The notes beneath the pieces were generated by a model. That model was given only the letters and a program-made list of their open reading frames with translations. It was not told the origin of the DNA and did not search any database. From IMG/VR virus record IMGVR_UViG_3300026549_000895, positions 128,001 through 192,000 of that record: a stretch of 64,000 bases of DNA; one strand, given 5' to 3'. Both the position numbers and the translations under genes were made by a program. Below, in pieces: positions 20,510 to 29,835 of this stretch (position 1 is the stretch's first letter; each line of letters starts with the position of its first letter). The stretch comes from a virus (taxonomy: Duplodnaviria; Caudoviricetes).

Positions 20510-22467
20510 ACAGGCCGTACCTCCACAGCATCGCGTAAGAAATTATAATAAAATCTGTCCCAGAGATCTTTTGAAATCTTTTTCGGTGTTGATCTGAAAT
20601 CAAATTTGTAAAGTACTGCTTCTTGCGGAGCTTGTCTAACTTCAAGAGCAGTAGATAATTCCGCTTTGACATTGAATTCAGAATCCGAATTTTCTGAGGA
20701 TAAACGATCTATATTCAGTTTACACTGAACACCATGAATATCTATACCAGTTATTTCAAAATGTTCATCAGATTTATTGTTATAATATTCTCTGAATACT
20801 GTGATAGAGACTTTGTCCTTATTGAAGATATGCCAATCCTTCATATCATTTGGATTGAAAACAATGCCGAAATTATTGGTATGGATATTTCCCATTAAGA
20901 AACACTGGAACTTCATATCCGGATCAGGATGTGATAAATCGATTACAGTATCAACCAACATTGCATTGATTAATTTGTTTATATCCTGATCACAATCTTT
21001 GCTCATTTTTCTCTGAAGATCTTTCAGACCATTACTGATTTTAGACCAATCAGGGTTCTTCATTTCATCACAATTCTCACGAGTATCCTTATCCTGATGC
21101 TTCTTGACATACATTGCACCGATGAAATTCCAGATAGCAGCTATCTGATGAGGTTCATCTGTTTGTCCATCAAGAAGCTGCTGAAGATGTCTCAGACCTG
21201 AGTCTCTGAAAGAACCACCACGTTCACCCTTTGTTTCGGGTATTCCTTTCTTCCAGTTGTCAACACCATACTTCTCAGCTCCCATTTCATAATGAATAGC
21301 AAGGTCTTTCAGCATCTTAACGAATCCCATCATGAATGCATAGAAATTCTGATTATTAGATGTAACGATGTAACAGTATCTGATGATATTGATGATTATC
21401 TCGATATAATTATCATATGTCAGATCGTCAGCATCTGGATAAGCTGACATCAGTACATTGTATATTGAGCAGAATTTATCGTCTTTTCCGATTATGTTAT
21501 CCCAATTCGGTTTAGCGTAGTCGAGTATATCATGAATCTGTTGAGAAGGAATAAGGTCATAACGACCTTTTCCCTTCTTTGTATACCTGATGGCGCCTCC
21601 TTCGAAAGAATCCTTCTCACCATCCATCTTGATATAATTATCTTTATTTTCCATTTCTTTTTCTCCTTCTATCTTGATTTTTTCAGAAGTTTTGTTTGTT
21701 TCAGTTTTAACAACCTCTTGTGGAATCTCTGATATTCCATGATACATATCGGCTGCTGTAAGAGTTTTCAGATTGAATGCATTTTCAAGGGCATTAAATA
21801 ATTTGAGCATTCTATCGTCATCATGCATCATCCATATTATATGATCATTATAAAGCTCAATATATGTTCTGACAACATTTCTACCAGAAGCAATCATCCA
21901 ATGCTCTTGTTCCGTAGAATTAATAAGAGCGATCTTGAGAATACTTCCATCCTTGAGAGCCCATTCATGTACTTTCGTATTATTTTTATCGGGGAAAAAC
22001 TCTCCAAGACAATCACTCATATTTTCATTTATGAATTTTATGAGTTCTTCTTTGGAAATCAGTTTTCTTTCAGAAGTTTCAACGACTTTCGATTCTGCTG
22101 ATTCATCTTTAATTAACTCACTAAGTTCTATGAAAGCATCATATATTAGTGCCTGTAATGATGATGTTGAAACAACTTTACCTCCTTCCCAACTAATACT
22201 CCTGATATTAGGATAAATGATTATAAACACAACATCCGCTGGTCCATAGATTTCCCAAGCGTTAGTATCAGAATTCCATAAAGCACCTATCCTTGCTTTA
22301 CCGCCGAATATATTTTCCCAATAGAATACTCCTGGGGTTGATGCACAAAAATTCCATTCTGATTTATTAATTGATGAAGAATTCATAACTGTTTCTTCTA
22401 ATACTTTGCGTATCTCATCCTCGGTGATACACGGCTTATTCTTTTTCTTCGACATTTTCATTTTCAT
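20506..22467 (-). CDS. Multidomain protein containing a dATP/dGTP diphosphohydrolase (DUF5664-type) domain
   Basis: GGAIRYTKKGKGRYDLIP, HYEMGAEKYGVDNWKKGIP, DSGLRHL..DEPHQIAAIWN motifs. Confidence 0.75.
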   Translation of the reverse strand: MKMKMSKKKNKPCITEDEIRKVLEETVMNSSSINKSEWNFCASTPGVFYWENIFGGKARIGALWNSDTNAWEIYGPADVVFIIIYPNIRSISWEGGKVVSTSSLQALIYDAFIELSELIKDESAESKVVETSERKLISKEELIKFINENMSDCLGEFFPDKNNTKVHEWALKDGSILKIALINSTEQEHWMIASGRNVVRTYIELYNDHIIWMMHDDDRMLKLFNALENAFNLKTLTAADMYHGISEIPQEVVKTETNKTSEKIKIEGEKEMENKDNYIKMDGEKDSFEGGAIRYTKKGKGRYDLIPSQQIHDILDYAKPNWDNIIGKDDKFCSIYNVLMSAYPDADDLTYDNYIEIIINIIRYCYIVTSNNQNFYAFMMGFVKMLKDLAIHYEMGAEKYGVDNWKKGIPETKGERGGSFRDSGLRHLQQLLDGQTDEPHQIAAIWNFIGAMYVKKHQDKDTRENCDEMKNPDWSKISNGLKDLQRKMSKDCDQDINKLINAMLVDTVIDLSHPDPDMKFQCFLMGNIHTNNFGIVFNPNDMKDWHIFNKDKVSITVFREYYNNKSDEHFEITGIDIHGVQCKLNIDRLSSENSDSEFNVKAELSTALEVRQAPQEAVLYKFDFRSTPKKISKDLWDRFYYNFLRDAVEVRPV

Positions 22468-23170
22468 TTTCCTCCGGAATAGGCGCAGTCAACATTCTGT
22501 GCTGAGCTGCTATAATTACTCCATCCATATATGACAGAGCATTCAATAATAAGATCGATATTTCCTTATCGAAATCATGTTTCGGAAGCCATTCAGAAAT
22601 ATCAACACGAATGTTTTGTTCGTTGAAGAAGTTCATGAGATCATTTCTTACAACATCTGATCTAACTTCACCGCCGAACCAATCAGATGCCATGTCAAGA
22701 ATTCTACCTCTGAAATTCATACATGCGTCAAGATCTTCCATGGATATCTGATCTGTAGTAATATAGTAATTATCCTTATTAAGCATCATAGATCTGTCGT
22801 AGTGGACAGTGTTTGATACTTCAGCTTCCGGAATATCTTCAGCAGATTGCTGCTGATTAGGATCAAGATCTATTGTATGATATTGATCACCAGATGTAGA
22901 GACTGCATCATCTGTATTCGCAAAATTGGTTTCGTCTTCCATATATTTCTTCCTCATAGAAAGCACTTCGTCATATGCTTTCTGGAAAGTCATCTCTTCT
23001 TTCACGATATCAGATATCAACTCATTGTCATCAATCGTAAACTGATCCTGATAATATAGATAGATGTCATCATCTGTTGGATGACGATATATGAGAAATG
23101 GTATACCCGCTGCCAGACCAACACCAAACTGTTTCTCTTCCTTATTTACATTTGACTCATCTAAAATCAT
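22436..23170 (-). CDS. Hypothetical acidic protein
   Basis: GAAAGGA RBS; 244 aa ORF within the operon. Confidence 0.65.
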   Translation of the reverse strand: MILDESNVNKEEKQFGVGLAAGIPFLIYRHPTDDDIYLYYQDQFTIDDNELISDIVKEEMTFQKAYDEVLSMRKKYMEDETNFANTDDAVSTSGDQYHTIDLDPNQQQSAEDIPEAEVSNTVHYDRSMMLNKDNYYITTDQISMEDLDACMNFRGRILDMASDWFGGEVRSDVVRNDLMNFFNEQNIRVDISEWLPKHDFDKEISILLLNALSYMDGVIIAAQHRMLTAPIPEENENENVEEKE

Positions 23171-23316
23171 TTCTTTTTTCGTCCTTTCGATTTATTATTT
23201 TTCTCCATCTGGTGGAGTTTGACTATCATCGGAGTCTCATCCTTCTTGAACAGCGACTCCTTTTTCTTCTTCCTCTGCTGAGACAGATTCTTCAGAATGT
23301 TCTCCACATCGCTCAT
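23167..23316 (-). CDS. Small basic protein, 49 aa (not in ORF track)
   Basis: AAGGAGG RBS; MSDVENILKNLSQQRKKKKESLFKK...KSKGRKKK; stop overlaps the next ATG (ATGA). Confidence 0.55.
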   Translation of the reverse strand: MSDVENILKNLSQQRKKKKESLFKKDETPMIVKLHQMEKNNKSKGRKKK

Positions 23317-23464
23317 CTGATTCACCCTCCTTATTAAATTTTTCTCCGTATGCTTTACTCAAAGCTTCGGTAGTTTCAGGATTTCCCCAACCTTTCATCA
23401 GGAATTCCAAATCCTTATTAGTAGTCATCTTCTTAATCTTATCTTTCATGCGATTGTTCTTCAT
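23237..23464 (-). CDS. Hypothetical protein
   Basis: AAAGGAG RBS; overlaps the next small ORF by 80 nt. Confidence 0.5.
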   Translation of the reverse strand: MKNNRMKDKIKKMTTNKDLEFLMKGWGNPETTEALSKAYGEKFNKEGESDERCGEHSEESVSAEEEEKGVAVQEG

Positions 23465-23541
23465 TTGAATTCTCCTTTAACAAAATCATTAATACAGTAT
23501 TAGTTGCTGTATCATTTTAAAATAATAGGGAGGTAAACAAT

Positions 23542-23868
23542 ATGTTGGAATTCTCAATCGTTTCAATCTCTGCATTTGTTTCCGTTCTGAATGAACTGAC
23601 GAAAACAATTGCAAACAATTGCTTCAAGAAGTCTATTAACAGATACATTCCAATATTCTCATTGGCATATGGTGTCGCACTTGCGATATGCGGCTACTAT
23701 ATTCCTGATACATATTTTGGAAATAATCTGGTTGAAGCAATCTTCATTGGATTGTCTGCAGGTGGAGCTGCAGTTGGTGTCCACCAAACATTCCATCAAC
23801 TTTCGAAACCGTCAGAGAACGGTGATGATGTCATCCTTCCTCCTAACAATGAAGATGACACCAAATAA
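23542..23868 (+). CDS. Phage holin (A118-like Gram-positive type)
   Basis: Three hydrophobic segments, RYIPIFSLAYG..AIFIGLSAGGAAVGVHQ; GGGAGG RBS. Confidence 0.65.
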   Translation: MLEFSIVSISAFVSVLNELTKTIANNCFKKSINRYIPIFSLAYGVALAICGYYIPDTYFGNNLVEAIFIGLSAGGAAVGVHQTFHQLSKPSENGDDVILPPNNEDDTK

Positions 23869-23887
23869 AATGAAAAAGTTACTTAAG

Positions 23888-23909
23888 TCTCCCCCATGTA
23901 CGGGGGAGA
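23888..23909. terminator. Terminator hairpin
   Basis: TCTCCCCC-atgtac-GGGGGAGA. Confidence 0.7.
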
Positions 23910-24063
23910 TTAATGTAACTTATTTCGACATCTTGTCCGATGTCACGGATACAGAATGCATCCGTTATCAAGCCCCTCGCCATTCAACATTGATTGTTGT
24001 GCCAATCGAATATCAAAATACAAGTTAACTTAATAGTGGAATGACATTCTTTTGATTATTGGA

Positions 24064-24468
24064 TTAATCATCATCTACTACTATTGCACGTTTAACAATA
24101 GACAGTAGTTTCTCAGTACTGTATTCCTTGTCCAGTTCAACACATTTGATTCCATACATTTCGGAAATGAACTGTTCAACGATACATCCTCTGGCTGCAC
24201 GCCAGCTATGTCCAAATGCTATAATGTCACACTTTGCAATTCCTTCAGCCAATGATAAGCCGAAGTAATACAAATTCGGATGCCTTAACTGCTTGAGTTC
24301 TACCTCATCTTTCAATTCGTCCATATGAGGATGAAGTATCATTACGTCAATACCAGCTGTCTCAAACAACTGTCTGATTTCTTCGTCTTCCTTTGCCATT
24401 CTTTTAGCGATTTCATCATCATCGAATCCTGACAATGGAAGTGCGTGAAACACTTTTATCGCTCTCAC
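24064..24468 (-). CDS. DUF4406 / nucleoside 2-deoxyribosyltransferase-like protein
   Basis: KVFHALPLSG N-terminus; CDIIAFGHSWRAARGCIVE motif. Confidence 0.6.
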   Translation of the reverse strand: MRAIKVFHALPLSGFDDDEIAKRMAKEDEEIRQLFETAGIDVMILHPHMDELKDEVELKQLRHPNLYYFGLSLAEGIAKCDIIAFGHSWRAARGCIVEQFISEMYGIKCVELDKEYSTEKLLSIVKRAIVVDDD

Positions 24469-24479
24469 GATATTCCTCC

Positions 24480-25487
24480 TTAGCGGAAGTAATTCCTTTT
24501 ACCATCACCACAGAATGCTGTGTAGTGCGGGAACTCGTCCTGATGCTGGAAATAGTATTCAACAGAATCAATTACGGACTGAGTTACGTTACACCTGTAA
24601 TAAGGCACGGCGTATGCTGGGTTGTACTGATACGGGGCTGTCAATACATTGTATATTGTACTTGGCTTACCATTCGTCCAACCTCCATCACGAACTCGGT
24701 TCATGACTGTCGCTACCACACAAGCTTTATCGTACAATGAAACCCAATCAGCACCATATTCGGTACCAACGACATTGCACAGATAAATACGTTCCACATC
24801 TGTGATGAAGTTAAGTGAATAATAACCTCCATCATTATTTGTCACTGCAGGTTGTGTTGTTGGTTGTTGCGGTGTAGTATCCACATACTCTGTTGCAATT
24901 TCCATTTCTGGATTGCACTCAGAACAACGCCTGCATTCTAATCCTTCAGTGTCCCCAATTTCATAACATTCTGAATCGAACCATCTGCATGTGCTGCGAT
25001 GTATGTAATGCGTACTTGGTTTATACGCTACATACTCACGTACAGGTTCTGTTGGTTCTTCAACAACTTCATCAACGGTAGTAGCAACTTCGGCAGTTGT
25101 TTCTGCCTCGGTTGTCTTCTCTGTTTCAGTAGTTGTTACTTCAGTAATTGTCGTTGTTGTCATTTCCGTTGTTGTCGTTGACTCAGTCGTCGTTGTTGTG
25201 GTAGCAGTTGTAACCATTGTTGATGTTGACGACGTTGTCTTTGTGGACACTTCGATTGGCGTTGGCATCTCATCATATATCTTATAGAATAATGATTCGA
25301 TTCCAACTAAAGAACCATTCAAACTTGCAGGTTTATATTCCTCCTGTTTTTCAGACTCGGCTGCGACCGAAGATCTGCTTGCAAAATTGAGTAAACTTAC
25401 TGGAGTGAAACCAATTAATGCCGCCATGGTAATAGCACCAATTCTCTTAGATATTGAACGATTCTTTTTGATGTTTGTGAATTTCAT
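24480..25487 (-). CDS. Exported SleB/Hydrolase_2-type cell wall hydrolase with Thr-rich linker and Zn-binding module (probable start MKFTNI at 25487)
   Basis: Signal/TM segment, poly-Thr linker, H..C..CxxC module, then LCNVVGTEYG..KACVVATVMNRV..TIYNVLTAPYQY. Confidence 0.7.
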   Translation of the reverse strand: MKFTNIKKNRSISKRIGAITMAALIGFTPVSLLNFASRSSVAAESEKQEEYKPASLNGSLVGIESLFYKIYDEMPTPIEVSTKTTSSTSTMVTTATTTTTTESTTTTEMTTTTITEVTTTETEKTTEAETTAEVATTVDEVVEEPTEPVREYVAYKPSTHYIHRSTCRWFDSECYEIGDTEGLECRRCSECNPEMEIATEYVDTTPQQPTTQPAVTNNDGGYYSLNFITDVERIYLCNVVGTEYGADWVSLYDKACVVATVMNRVRDGGWTNGKPSTIYNVLTAPYQYNPAYAVPYYRCNVTQSVIDSVEYYFQHQDEFPHYTAFCGDGKRNYFR

Positions 25488-25903
25488 TTTAGACCTCTTT
25501 TTCTTTTCCTTAGATTTTTGCTTATGTCCAATTCTGTCAGCGAATTTTATAAGAGATTTGACAGATTTGGTGTCGACAAATTTCTTCAGTAATAGTGAAG
25601 AAGTGTTCGAACGAATCACACGCGTGTTCATTAAGGGTATTCCCTTAATGTATTAAATAGTACTATACGTATGAGCAGAATTATAATAAATACATTCTTT
25701 TCTCCTTTCATTTTAATATATTAAATTGAATATATTATCTCCTTCTGCGTATTAAAGATATACATACATATTGAAATATTTTAATTACCGAACTATAATA
25801 AATGTAGTATATGTTTTCCGCAGCTTAAAATCACATCATCACATCAGAACAAGAAACTATCTACAGTTATTTGAAATATCCTACAAGAAAAGGGGAGTTT
25901 ACA

Positions 25904-26356
25904 ATGTCAACGCCAGAGGCAATTTTCACCATCGCTGGTATCGTGATTGGTAGTGGTGGTATAGGTGCAGTAATCACATCGTTCATTAACCGACGAAAAG
26001 TTGTGTCAGACTCACGATCGACAGACGTGCATGCAAACATTGATCAGTTTCAAGCCATTACTGAGAAATTAAAAATAATGGCTGATGATGCTAACGCACG
26101 TGCCGAGCGTGCTCGACAAATGAATGATGAATTGATGTCAAAAATAAACGATCTGCAAATCAAGCTATCACAACTCACAATGTGGGTTATCGGTGACAAC
26201 ATGCAGTACCGATCAGCTTTGGAAACAGCACTTAAACAACTTAACCCAGATTTCACATTCCCGCAGGTATCAGATCCTCCGATAGAATTAATGAAAGAAT
26301 ATAATTCTCATATTCGTTCATCCAAAGAAAAAGAACAGGAAGCAGAGAATAATTAA
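25904..26356 (+). CDS. Membrane-anchored coiled-coil protein (possible lysis accessory)
   Basis: GGGGAG RBS; N-terminal TM IFTIAGIVIGSGGIGAVI followed by RRK, then coiled coil. Confidence 0.55.
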   Translation: MSTPEAIFTIAGIVIGSGGIGAVITSFINRRKVVSDSRSTDVHANIDQFQAITEKLKIMADDANARAERARQMNDELMSKINDLQIKLSQLTMWVIGDNMQYRSALETALKQLNPDFTFPQVSDPPIELMKEYNSHIRSSKEKEQEAENN

Positions 26357-26363
26357 AACATGA

Positions 26364-26388
26364 ATAAGGCGGCTTTAAGCCGCCTTAT
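26364..26388. terminator. Terminator between convergent genes
   Basis: ATAAGGCGGC-tttaa-GCCGCCTTAT. Confidence 0.75.
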
Positions 26389-26393
26389 CTGAA

Positions 26394-26678
26394 TCATGTA
26401 TCGTGTCCCGGTCTACCTGCAGCAACCCAATCATCATATGTCAGAGAACCTCTGTTGTATAAATATGCATTATATACTAAGACATTACTACCGTCATCCG
26501 GATCAACATAACCATCTTTATCAGTATCAGAAAGCACTCGTTGTTGATCGGTGAAGTAATGAGTACTACTCTCACTCGGATGTAGACTTGCCCAAGCAAC
26601 ACATGCGAGAATGATAGAAGCGTCAAATTGACCAGGTCTTCCTGTGAAAGATGGATTAGCCAATAATGGTGTACTCAT
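26394..26678 (-). CDS. Stand-alone dockerin-like protein (Ruminococcus-type)
   Basis: DASIIL..A..S..FTDQQ...DTDKDGYVDPDDGSNVLVYNAY: an intact DxDxDGxVxxxD Ca-binding loop plus helix; GAAAGGAG RBS; own late-type promoter and terminator. Confidence 0.65.
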   Translation of the reverse strand: MSTPLLANPSFTGRPGQFDASIILACVAWASLHPSESSTHYFTDQQRVLSDTDKDGYVDPDDGSNVLVYNAYLYNRGSLTYDDWVAAGRPGHDT

Positions 26679-26724
26679 AAGAATACATCTCCTTTCAAAA
26701 TAAAATTACTGATTCGTCATTATA

Positions 26725-26749
26725 TCACAGCCCCATGAAGGGGCTGTGA
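26725..26749 (-). terminator. Terminator after RNAP beta' gene
   Basis: TCACAGCCCC-atgaa-GGGGCTGTGA. Confidence 0.7.
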
Positions 26750-26758
26750 CAAATATGA

Positions 26759-28141
26759 TTATTCAGTAATTAGACCAGCAGAGATAGCAACCCATTCCTT
26801 ATTATCGAAATCGATTGTATTGTCAATGTAATTATACATTGAAACAAGTTCAAACTCTGCAAATATATCCTTGGTGTTTTCTTCGAGATTTAGAATATCA
26901 AGCTCATCACCATCAAAGTCTGCATTTAGTCCAGTAAGAACTTCAAGCGGAATTGATATGGTCGAGTCGTGCATTTTGTATTTACGAATCTTAAAACGAC
27001 CAACCGATTTGATATTGTTAACCGGTTCACGAAGCATCATAGCATATCTACCAGAATGCATAAGTTCATCTACTATCTCAACAACACGAGGATCATACTT
27101 ATGCTGATCTACAGTGAGATATGATTGCTCAAGAGGTTTGTGAAATCTCTTTGCAAATATTGATGTAATTCTGTATATCAGAACATTAACAATTGATGTG
27201 TAAGGAAGATCAATTTCATCAGCTCTAAGTGTGATGTCAGGAATAACAACACCTCTGATTGAGAAGTTGAAAGCACCGCCAACAATTTCAGATCTGATGA
27301 AACCTGTTTTCTTTGATAAAGAATTCTGCTGCAAGAACTCAGCACCTTCAACCCAGTTGGATTCAATCTCATTCAATCCAGAAATAATCTCTTCTTCCAG
27401 TATCATGGAATCGAGTTTATTAGATATCGAAAGCATCTTTGTGAGATACTTATTGATTATTGGATAGAACATTGTTTCCGAAGTCTTTGTAACTGGGCGG
27501 AAAGCTGTTGGATAAACTGGGATCTTGGAAGTGAATATAGCTTCTTTTTCACATCTAAGCATTATATATGCATCAGAATCTTTGTCTGAAATACATTCAT
27601 CAATAATGTCATACCAGTTGTCGTATAAAGCATCAAGTCCAATTCCCTGCAGATGATGTTTAGCTTTTGGAATTTTCTTGATTATTACAGAAAGATCGGA
27701 AGGTGTAGGTCTACCTTGTCTTCTCTTCCTCTTTTCGGAAAGTCCATCATCTTTATCAGAGTACTGCATCTCTGATAAATCATCTTTGTAGTCTCCCATG
27801 ATGAACCTGAGTAAGTTCGCACCAAATATATGACGAACAGAGTTGAAGTATCTTGGTGTGATGACGTGATGATCACCTAAATCAATCCATCCTGTATATT
27901 GGAAATTCAAAGAGTGAAGTGCTATTTCGGTATTGCATAATGGACAAGTGTGTCCTACTAATTCTTGTCCTATGAAAGCACCGCATTCACAACGATATTC
28001 ATTGTCATTGAACTTTTGATTGTTGATAAGATCATCCAAAGATACTGGTGAGAATTCATCTTCTGATTTAATAACAAAGCCATTGTGTTCTGCTATATCA
28101 GTAAGATATTCATTGTATAAATTAGCCTTTACGAGTTTCAT
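26759..28141 (-). CDS. RNA polymerase beta' N-terminal/catalytic subunit (probably non-virion RNAP)
   Basis: Zn finger CECG..CPLC, GWIDLG, IPVYPTAFRP, KKTGFIRSEIVGGAFNFSIRGVVIP, LREP and catalytic LNADFDGD. Confidence 0.85.
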   Translation of the reverse strand: MKLVKANLYNEYLTDIAEHNGFVIKSEDEFSPVSLDDLINNQKFNDNEYRCECGAFIGQELVGHTCPLCNTEIALHSLNFQYTGWIDLGDHHVITPRYFNSVRHIFGANLLRFIMGDYKDDLSEMQYSDKDDGLSEKRKRRQGRPTPSDLSVIIKKIPKAKHHLQGIGLDALYDNWYDIIDECISDKDSDAYIMLRCEKEAIFTSKIPVYPTAFRPVTKTSETMFYPIINKYLTKMLSISNKLDSMILEEEIISGLNEIESNWVEGAEFLQQNSLSKKTGFIRSEIVGGAFNFSIRGVVIPDITLRADEIDLPYTSIVNVLIYRITSIFAKRFHKPLEQSYLTVDQHKYDPRVVEIVDELMHSGRYAMMLREPVNNIKSVGRFKIRKYKMHDSTISIPLEVLTGLNADFDGDELDILNLEENTKDIFAEFELVSMYNYIDNTIDFDNKEWVAISAGLITE

Positions 28142-28172
28142 TGTTCATATCCTCCTTTAATGACAATTCCTA

Positions 28173-29813
28173 TTATAACATCTCTCCATTCATCCATTCA
28201 AACAGTTTGCAAATTGTATCTAATACATCCAACATCATCTTGGAAGATTCATAGATGAAAGGTTTTCCAAGTAATGAAGGATCATTATGATTTACAATGG
28301 TATATGAACTCAGAATAGAATTCAATATATTCTGTATGAATGATTGTACGTTTGTTCCAGATAATAAATAATCTGATAACTTATTTGCAGATGCATATCT
28401 GTAAATGGTATCAAGATCTTTCTTTGTAAGTGTCTTTGTAGAAGTAGTAACTGTTTTAGCAGTCAACAGATTGATGATTGGTGAGGTTGTCGAATCATAT
28501 TCTGATACTTCGCAAAGTTCCATTATTATATCACGCACATACAAAAGCAATATGTATCTCTGCTTCTGTGATATTGTACGAGTGGAAACCGTTGAATGGA
28601 ATCTGTTATAAAGAATTGCGTCTATGAGGATTGCTGAAAGTTCGTTCATTTCAGGAAGATTCTTCATATAGAAATCAAGTGATGACAAATCGGTTGACAA
28701 TGCGATTTCACCGATGATGTTATTCAAGTCTTCCGTCATGCATACAAACTTACCGGGATTGAATGAACGAAGTGCGGATATAGATGAATTCGAAGTTATG
28801 GAATCATCAAGTATCTGACTGACGTCATCAACCGTTGCAAGTGAATAACGAAGCTGAACTTTTCTTGTTACGCTTGCTGCTGAATTAATAACCGATTTAA
28901 TCAATCCTACACATGAATATGCCGGACGCTTATTATCATAATCCCATTCTGAAGCAAATGTTAATTTGATAAGTCCATTACACATCAATTCTTTCTTAAG
29001 AACTGAATTTGTGAGTGTTGTAATAGTAACACCTTGAAGCGCCTGCATATCACATATATTTGAATTGGCTTTAACGAATTGGAGTACTGACTTACTTACA
29101 TAGCGATACAGTACAACATACATATTCTCATTACGCTTGTTCATTGTTTCGGTATATGCATGAGCGAACAGTTTGTACATGTTCGTAGGACTATTTCCTG
29201 TTGATAGAATGAAGTGTTCAATAAAGATATGAAGTATCTTCATCTGGAAAGTCACTATGTAAGTATCTCTCAAGAATGAGAGGTCAAACAATCCAACTAC
29301 GTCATCACCAACATCGTTTTCATCGACCATCTTTTCTATCTTTTCAATTGTTCTTGGAGGGAACAACTCTTCATATATCTTATCAAAATATTCATTGAAT
29401 GTTTCAATAGTATATGTTTGTGAGTCAGTTATGTTCTTTGCTATGAACATAGAAGTTATAAGATCATTGTCAGGATCATACAGAGCACAGAAGAATGAGA
29501 TCTGTTCACATATGATATTCTGTAACTTTGGACGACGTGATCTCATCTGGAAAATCTGTATTTCCGGAACCTTTACAACAGATTCCCCGAACACGCTTTT
29601 GAAGTTGACAATGATTTGTTTGGAAGCATGTCTCATGATTACATCTTCAGGAACAGGCATCCAATCTTTGAAGCGAGTCTTTTTATAATGCTTCTTATGC
29701 ATTCCAAGCGGAAATGCATTGTATGGATATTCGGTTGAATGTGTTGTATCATACGTATATTCCTCATCGGGATCATACGTATAAAGCAAAGCCTTGTCGA
29801 GTATATCTGCCAT
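28173..29813 (-). CDS. Hypothetical 546-aa helical protein; candidate nvRNAP promoter-specificity (sigma-like) subunit
   Basis: Directly upstream of beta' in the same operon; size similar to phiKZ gp68/AR9 gp226. No diagnostic motif recognised. Confidence 0.35.
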   Translation of the reverse strand: MADILDKALLYTYDPDEEYTYDTTHSTEYPYNAFPLGMHKKHYKKTRFKDWMPVPEDVIMRHASKQIIVNFKSVFGESVVKVPEIQIFQMRSRRPKLQNIICEQISFFCALYDPDNDLITSMFIAKNITDSQTYTIETFNEYFDKIYEELFPPRTIEKIEKMVDENDVGDDVVGLFDLSFLRDTYIVTFQMKILHIFIEHFILSTGNSPTNMYKLFAHAYTETMNKRNENMYVVLYRYVSKSVLQFVKANSNICDMQALQGVTITTLTNSVLKKELMCNGLIKLTFASEWDYDNKRPAYSCVGLIKSVINSAASVTRKVQLRYSLATVDDVSQILDDSITSNSSISALRSFNPGKFVCMTEDLNNIIGEIALSTDLSSLDFYMKNLPEMNELSAILIDAILYNRFHSTVSTRTISQKQRYILLLYVRDIIMELCEVSEYDSTTSPIINLLTAKTVTTSTKTLTKKDLDTIYRYASANKLSDYLLSGTNVQSFIQNILNSILSSYTIVNHNDPSLLGKPFIYESSKMMLDVLDTICKLFEWMNGEML

Positions 29814-29835
29814 TTCGAATTACACACCCTTTATA

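Noticed and set aside
23609-24028. 139-aa ORF overlapping the holin
   Set aside because: Alternative frame crossing a terminator, no RBS.
25080-25240. GTT/GTC-rich tandem-like repeat
   Set aside because: It encodes the Thr-rich linker of the SleB-like protein.
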